A stretch of 40,906 nucleotides of DNA from a virus, in the IMG/VR virus record IMGVR_UViG_3300021431_000039; one strand, given 5' to 3'. The position numbers and the translations under genes were made by a program. Within the stretch, counting starts at the first letter, position 1. Each line of letters starts with the position of its first letter. Below are positions 35,938-40,906 of the stretch, piece after piece. The notes beneath the pieces are model-generated. The model searched no databases. It worked only from the letters and a program-made list of their open reading frames with translations, and was not told the origin of the DNA.

Positions 35938-36055
35938 AGTAATAAAGAACATACTTATCATTCTTTATATTCTTATTATGCCTGTGTGGATAATGGAACT
36001 ATTAGGAATAGATATGTATTTTATAGATACGCATTTTATAGAAAGTGAGAGATAA
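35927..36055 (+). CDS. Micro-ORF, 42 aa, one TM segment
   Basis: MIGRVIKNILIILYILIMPVWIMELLGIDMYFIDTHFIESER. Overlaps the preceding micro-ORF. Confidence 0.25.
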   Translation: MIGRVIKNILIILYILIMPVWIMELLGIDMYFIDTHFIESER

Positions 36056-36056
36056 A

Positions 36057-36323
36057 ATGCAAGTAGTAATCAATCTAGATAATGAAATTTATGAAAAATT
36101 AAAGAATGATGCAGTGAAGATAAGCGGACTCCGAAGTGGCAAAACATTCACGTCAAAGGTATATGTAGCAAACGGTGTACCTATTCCAAAGTGGCATGGT
36201 AGAGTTGTTGATGCAGATAAATTATTGGAAGAAATGAGGGCAACAAGAACCTATGATATTCCGTTTGCATTAGAAAGAGTGAAGCCAATCATTGAAGCCG
36301 ACAAGACGAGGGGTGAGAGATAA
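36057..36323 (+). CDS. Small protein (88 aa) with a ribbon-helix-helix-like N-terminus
   Basis: MQVVINLDNEIYEKLKNDA resembles the RHH beta-strand plus helix 1. Start lies after GAAAGTGAGAGA. Confidence 0.5.
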   Translation: MQVVINLDNEIYEKLKNDAVKISGLRSGKTFTSKVYVANGVPIPKWHGRVVDADKLLEEMRATRTYDIPFALERVKPIIEADKTRGER

Positions 36324-36425
36324 ATGAAAGTAGTAATTGATATTGATGACAAACTATATGAACGAATCACCATTGAAAAAGAGTATTATCTTGAAGATGG
36401 AGCAAGAATGGAGAATAACGAATGA
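36324..36425 (+). CDS. Micro-ORF, 33 aa, paralogous to the N-terminus of the preceding gene
   Basis: MKVVIDIDDKLYERITIEKEYYLEDGARMENNE. Its stop overlaps the SNF2 start (ATGA). Confidence 0.35.
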   Translation: MKVVIDIDDKLYERITIEKEYYLEDGARMENNE

Positions 36426-37693
36426 TTTCTCTTTTCCCACATCAGCAAGAAGCATTGCAGGAAACAAAAGACTTTGACAACATTGCAGTTTATCATGACA
36501 TGGGTCTTGGTAAGACCTTCACAGGGTCAGAAATGATGAAAAGATTTGGATGCAAAGTGAACTTGATCATCTGTCAGAAATCCAAGATACAGGATTGGGT
36601 GGATCACTTCTACAATCACTATAACGGTATTGCAGTGATTGACCTTACAAACAAGAAGAACTATCAGGAATTCATTGATAACTACTATCTGACATCAATG
36701 AAGGTTGTAGCAGTTATTAACTATGAACTAGCTTGGAGAAGGAAACAATTACTACAGTTATCTGATTTCACATTGATGCTTGATGAATCATCTTTGATAC
36801 AGAATCAGAAAGCAAAGCAGACAAAATTCATCCTGAAGATGAAACCTGCACATGTGATTCTTCTTTCAGGAACACCTGTTGGTGGTAAATATGAGAATCT
36901 ATGGACACAAGTCCACCTGCTAGGTTGGAAGATTTCAGAAGACTTGTATAACAGGCAATATGTGAATTGGACAACAATTGATTCAGGTGGTTTTCAACAC
37001 AAGATTGTGGACAAAGAAGACCCATATAAAAACATTGATAGGTTGAAATCTAAAATGCGTGAACATGGTGCAATATTCAAGAAAACTGAAGAATGTTATG
37101 AATTACCTGAACAGGTATTCACACATATCAGATTGAAAGCACCTAAAGAGTATTGGAAGTTTCAGAAGGATTGTATTGTAACAATAGAAGGTCAAGAATT
37201 GGTTGGTGACACATCATTGACAAAATTACTTTATAGCAGACAGATATGCAGTCAATTCAATCAGAACAAGTTGGATGCATTCAGGGACTTAGTTGAATCC
37301 ACACAGGAAAGATTGATTGTATTTTATTCATTCAATGATGAACTATGGAACATGAAGAAGATATGTCAGGAACTTGACAGACCAATTTCAGAGATCAATG
37401 GACACACCAAAGACCTGAAAGCCTATGAACAGGAATCAAACAGTGTGACCTTATGTCAGTATCAATCAGCATCCAAAGGACTGAATCTTCAGAAGTGCAA
37501 CAGAATCATTTATTTTTCACTTCCATTATCGTCAGAAGATTTTGAACAGTCAAAAAAAAGGATCCATAGAATTGGTCAGAAAAAAATATGTTTCTATTAT
37601 CTGATGATTTGCAGGGGAACAGTTGAAGAACAAATCCTGCACACATTAGAAAAAAGGAAGGATTTTACAGATGAATTATTCAAAGAAAATTAG
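36422..37693 (+). CDS. SNF2-family (SF2) DNA helicase/translocase
   Basis: LFPHQQEAL, GLGKT (motif I), LMLDESS (motif II), SGTP, and C-terminal helicase motifs (ASKGLNLQ, QSKKRIHRIGQ). Confidence 0.85.
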   Translation: MISLFPHQQEALQETKDFDNIAVYHDMGLGKTFTGSEMMKRFGCKVNLIICQKSKIQDWVDHFYNHYNGIAVIDLTNKKNYQEFIDNYYLTSMKVVAVINYELAWRRKQLLQLSDFTLMLDESSLIQNQKAKQTKFILKMKPAHVILLSGTPVGGKYENLWTQVHLLGWKISEDLYNRQYVNWTTIDSGGFQHKIVDKEDPYKNIDRLKSKMREHGAIFKKTEECYELPEQVFTHIRLKAPKEYWKFQKDCIVTIEGQELVGDTSLTKLLYSRQICSQFNQNKLDAFRDLVESTQERLIVFYSFNDELWNMKKICQELDRPISEINGHTKDLKAYEQESNSVTLCQYQSASKGLNLQKCNRIIYFSLPLSSEDFEQSKKRIHRIGQKKICFYYLMICRGTVEEQILHTLEKRKDFTDELFKEN

Positions 37694-37711
37694 AAAAGAA
37701 AGGTGAATATT

Positions 37712-38143
37712 ATGATGAGATGTAAATTTGCTATTGATAATAAAGATGAATGCACAAATTGCTGTTTCTTCTGTGACAAGAAAGACACTTGTAAAGATGC
37801 TTGTGGTGATATAGAAGAAAAGTGTGAAATGCAGGTTGAAGAAACTGACCTTCAAGTGATTCAGTCAGCAGTTCCTGATGTACTAAACGCAATCACAGAC
37901 ATTGCAGTTCAGAAGAAGAAATTGGAAAAACAGGAAAAGGTCATGAAACAGAAGTTGCTTCAAGCAATGGAAGAACATGGTGTGAAATCATTTGAAACAC
38001 CTGAAGTCAAGTTCATGTATGTTGCACCAACGACAAGAACAACCATTGATTCCAAGAAGCTGAAAGCAGACCATCCTGATCTTGTCGAAGCATATTCAAA
38101 GACTTCTAATGTTAGTGCATCAGTAAGAATTACAGTGAAATAG
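37712..38143 (+). CDS. Cys-rich N-terminus fused to a Gp157-like coiled-coil domain
   Basis: Eight Cys residues in the first 40 aa. The C-terminal half resembles siphovirus Gp157-type proteins. Motif-level only. Confidence 0.35.
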   Translation: MMRCKFAIDNKDECTNCCFFCDKKDTCKDACGDIEEKCEMQVEETDLQVIQSAVPDVLNAITDIAVQKKKLEKQEKVMKQKLLQAMEEHGVKSFETPEVKFMYVAPTTRTTIDSKKLKADHPDLVEAYSKTSNVSASVRITVK

Positions 38144-38159
38144 AAAGAAGGTGAATGAT

Positions 38160-38615
38160 ATGGCTAATTGGTGTGAAGGAAATTTGAAAGTTCGTGGAAC
38201 AAAAGAGAATATGACAAAATTTATTCTTGAAGGTTTGCATCCTGTTGGACTTTTGGGTGAAGAACATCCAAAGTTATCATTGAATGAATATGGTGACATT
38301 TATTCAAATGAAAGATGTTGGATTGAAAACACAAGAAGAGGATTTGTTAAAGGTGTAGAAGTTTATCTTTCTGAATATGGAGATAATGAGATCTTTATTG
38401 CAGTCTTTGATTCTAAATTTGCATGGGGAATTTCAGCAAATGAACTTCTGAAAACATGTAAAAAATATCATGTTGATATGAAAATTCATGGTTTTGAACG
38501 AGGGATGGAATTCAATCAGGTCATTGAAATTGTTGATGGAAAAATTCTGAAAGATGAAGAACTTCAGTTCAAAGATTATCAATGGGATTGTATCTGTCCA
38601 AATATGGGTGGTTGA
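38160..38615 (+). CDS. DUF1281/Api92-like protein
   Basis: MANWCEGNLKVRG N-terminal signature. Confidence 0.45.
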   Translation: MANWCEGNLKVRGTKENMTKFILEGLHPVGLLGEEHPKLSLNEYGDIYSNERCWIENTRRGFVKGVEVYLSEYGDNEIFIAVFDSKFAWGISANELLKTCKKYHVDMKIHGFERGMEFNQVIEIVDGKILKDEELQFKDYQWDCICPNMGG

Positions 38616-38616
38616 T

Positions 38617-38967
38617 ATGGCATCAGAAAAGAATTTTGAAAACAGAATCAAGTATTTCATGAAATCAAATAATTGCTATTTCATTAAATATTGGGGTGGT
38701 GGTGTATTCACCAAATCAGGTATTCCTGACATCCTTGCATGTTGTAATGGAAGATTCCTTGGAATTGAAATCAAGGCAAAGAATGGAAAACCTTCACCAC
38801 TTCAGATTCACAACCTGAAGAAGATTGAGGAAGCAGGTGGATATGGAATTCTTCTTTATCCTGACCATTTTGAATTGTTCAAGAACTTCATTGATTGCTT
38901 GAATGTGAATGATGCAAACACTGCATACAATTATGAATTATTGAAAAGAAGGTGGTCAGATGAATAA
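38617..38967 (+). CDS. VRR-NUC / PD-(D/E)xK nuclease (possible Holliday-junction resolvase)
   Basis: GIPDILAC...GIEIKAKNGKPSPLQ (PD...ExK...Q). ATG 38617 lies after the upstream stop; the track start 38554 is probably too early. Confidence 0.65.
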   Translation: MASEKNFENRIKYFMKSNNCYFIKYWGGGVFTKSGIPDILACCNGRFLGIEIKAKNGKPSPLQIHNLKKIEEAGGYGILLYPDHFELFKNFIDCLNVNDANTAYNYELLKRRWSDE

Positions 38968-40789
38968 TTTTCATTTTTCAACAGCAGAATGTTTTGAAAA
39001 TTGTCCTGCAAGATTTGATTTCAGATACAGACAGAACCTTGAAGTGCTTCCAACAGATGATCCTGCAAATCCATTGATTCTTGGAACAGCAATTCACAGG
39101 GGCATGGAAAAGGATATGAAAACAGCTATTCAGGAATACAAAGATTCATATCCTATCATCACAGATGCACACATTAATGAGATCATCAAACTTGAATATT
39201 GGATTCCAAGAATGAAAGAACTTCTTCCTGATGGATTTCATGAAGTCAATTTCAAGAATGATGTTTATGAAGGAACCGCAGACTTGATTGTTCCATGTAC
39301 CAAGCATGATGCAAGTCTTCCACATGGTCAGTTTGATATATATGATTTCAAGTATTCAAATAATATTGACCATTATATGGAATCAAGACAGTTGCATGTA
39401 TACAAATATTTCTTTGAAAGAATCACAGGAAAGCACATCAGAAAAATGTATTTTGTGTTTGTTCCAAAGGTTCAGATTAGACAGAAGAAAACAGAAACAC
39501 TTCAGGACTTCAGGAACAGAATCTATGAAGAACTTGAAGCAAAGGAAATTCAAATCAAAGAAGTGGTTTATGACCCTTCCAAGGTTGCAGATTTTTATGA
39601 AACGTGTATGAACATTGGTCTAACAGATAAGTGTGAAAAGAATGAATCTTATTTGTGTGATTGGTGTGAATATAAAGACTATTGTCAGAAAGGATTGGAC
39701 TATATGATTTTACCAAGTGCAGAAAGAAGACAGGTTGGAAAGACAACCAAAAGAAAATTATGGATTTATGGTGGTGCATTTTCAGGAAAGACAACATTTA
39801 TGGATTCAGCACCTTCACCATTGAATCTGAACACTGATGGAAACATTCAGTTTGTTACTATGCAGTATTTACCTATCAAGGACACAATGGAAGGAAGACA
39901 GAAGATTCTTGCATGGGATGTTTTCAAGAAAGCTATTGATGAACTTGAAAAGACAGCAGGTCAAAATGGATTTAAAACTCTTATTGTTGACTTATTAGAA
40001 GATACTTATGAATCATGCAGATTATACATGTATGACAAATTAGGTATCACACATGAATCAGATGATTCATTCAGAGCATGGGACAAGGTAAGAACGGAAT
40101 TCTTATCAACTATCAGAAGATTGATGAACCTTGACTATGAGAACATTGTGTTGATTTCTCATGAAGATACTTCAAAGGATATCACAAAGAAGTCAGGTGA
40201 TAAAATCACAGCAATCAAACCAAATATCGCAGACAAGGTTGCAAACAAAATTGCAGGTATGGTTGACATTGTGGCAAGGGTAGTTGTGGAAGATGATGAA
40301 ACAAGAACATTGAATTTCAAATCAAATGAAGTAATCTTTGGTGGTGGAAGATTAAAGAACATCAAGACCACATCAATTCCTTTGGATTGGAATGAACTTT
40401 TGAAAGTGTATGATGAAGCAAATTTTTTTGCCAAGCCTGCTGAAGAAATTCAGGAAGATGCAAAAGAAACTGCTGAAGAAACACCAACAAGAAGGAGAAG
40501 AAAATCACGCACACAGTCAGAACCTGTTAAAGAACCTTCTGAAGAACCTGTACAGGATGGAATAATCGACACTGATTCAGAAACAGTTGTCTTGGATGCA
40601 GACACATACTTCTATGATATTAAAAATGACAATTATGTGATGAAACATGCAGGTGATTCTGTTGACATGATTGTTGATGGTGTGGAAGTCATGAAGATCA
40701 TCACTAAAGAAGAATTTGCTGAAAAATATTTTGGTGATGAAAAACCTACAAGAAAAAGAAGAACAAGAAGAACAAGAAAGGAAAGATAA
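38960..40789 (+). CDS. Fusion protein: N-terminal Cas4/RecB-like PD-(D/E)xK exonuclease with a 4-Cys cluster, plus a C-terminal AAA_24 (Sak4/RecA-like) ATPase and a charged tail
   Basis: N-terminal C (ECFENC), D...DFKY, and C-x2-C-x5-C (CDWCEYKDYC). Then LWIYGGAFSGKTTF (Walker A) and LIVDLLED (Walker B). The tail is rich in E/K/R. Confidence 0.7.
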   Translation: MNNFHFSTAECFENCPARFDFRYRQNLEVLPTDDPANPLILGTAIHRGMEKDMKTAIQEYKDSYPIITDAHINEIIKLEYWIPRMKELLPDGFHEVNFKNDVYEGTADLIVPCTKHDASLPHGQFDIYDFKYSNNIDHYMESRQLHVYKYFFERITGKHIRKMYFVFVPKVQIRQKKTETLQDFRNRIYEELEAKEIQIKEVVYDPSKVADFYETCMNIGLTDKCEKNESYLCDWCEYKDYCQKGLDYMILPSAERRQVGKTTKRKLWIYGGAFSGKTTFMDSAPSPLNLNTDGNIQFVTMQYLPIKDTMEGRQKILAWDVFKKAIDELEKTAGQNGFKTLIVDLLEDTYESCRLYMYDKLGITHESDDSFRAWDKVRTEFLSTIRRLMNLDYENIVLISHEDTSKDITKKSGDKITAIKPNIADKVANKIAGMVDIVARVVVEDDETRTLNFKSNEVIFGGGRLKNIKTTSIPLDWNELLKVYDEANFFAKPAEEIQEDAKETAEETPTRRRRKSRTQSEPVKEPSEEPVQDGIIDTDSETVVLDADTYFYDIKNDNYVMKHAGDSVDMIVDGVEVMKIITKEEFAEKYFGDEKPTRKRRTRRTRKER

Positions 40790-40906
40790 TCATGAAGAAG
40801 TTTATTGAAGCATTAAAGGAAGCAGGAATTTATGACCAAATTGTTGAAGTAATCGTGGATGTCAGAAGTAAATATGGTGCATATGATGCAACCAAAGCAA
40901 TCACAA
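40780..40906. repeat. Terminal direct repeat, copy B (identical to 1-127); 40792-40906 duplicates the 5' part of CDS 13..414
   Basis: Exact identity to 1-127. Confidence 0.95.

Larger units (their letters stand above)
1..40906 (+). mobile_element. Complete temperate tailed-phage genome (siphovirus-like), circularly closed; unit length about 40,779 bp
   Basis: Full set of replication, packaging, head, tail, lysis and lysogeny modules. The window ends repeat each other exactly over 127 bp. Confidence 0.85.

Noticed and set aside
1-40906. tRNA, rRNA or tmRNA genes
   Set aside because: Reading the intergenic regions by eye, I found no cloverleaf-compatible segment and no conserved T-loop (GGTTCGAATCC-like) sequence. 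A tRNA scanner should confirm this.

Overview
The window is one complete, circularly closed genome of a temperate tailed phage with siphovirus-type morphogenesis genes. Bases 1-127 are identical to 40780-40906, so the unit length is about 40,779 bp. The host is probably an anaerobic, low-GC Firmicute, judging from GAAAGG(A/T)GGTGA-type ribosome binding sites, frequent GTG/TTG starts and the presence of nrdD/nrdG. Nearly all genes lie on the + strand. Order of modules: early/replication (35.1 kb, through the wrap point, to 9.2 kb) with Cro-like and Xis-like HTH proteins, a block of micro-ORFs, an SNF2 helicase, a VRR-NUC-type nuclease, a Cas4-like nuclease fused to a Sak4-like ATPase, a DUF669-like protein, a family B DNA polymerase, a primase-helicase, NrdG/NrdD, MazG and a divergent ThyX-like protein. 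Late (9.5-32.0 kb): a sigma-r4-like late regulator, TerS, TerL, portal, a MuF protein with a C-terminal extension, scaffold, capsid, connectors, tail genes with a G/GT frameshift, tape measure, Dit, Tal, tail fibre, then holin and endolysin. Lysogeny (32.4-34.8 kb, minus strand): integrase, a DUF4236/TM2 membrane protein and a CI/LexA-like repressor. The strongest system is a diversity-generating retroelement (DGR). Its 118-nt template repeat differs from the 3' end of the tail-fibre gene at 31 positions, all of them template adenines, and a DGR-type reverse transcriptase lies downstream with no recognisable Avd gene. Other points worth a second look: two homologous 9-bp-iteron/AT-rich elements in inverted orientation at 9.2-9.5 kb and 33.6-33.7 kb; a MuF C-terminal Cys/His domain with a small overlapping downstream ORF (candidate toxin/immunity pair); a CpG-rich island of translationally coupled micro-ORFs in the early operon; a switch region with a 7-mer operator motif and possibly face-to-face promoters; and strong compositional mosaicism. 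All family assignments come from reading motifs in the supplied translations. No database search was run.
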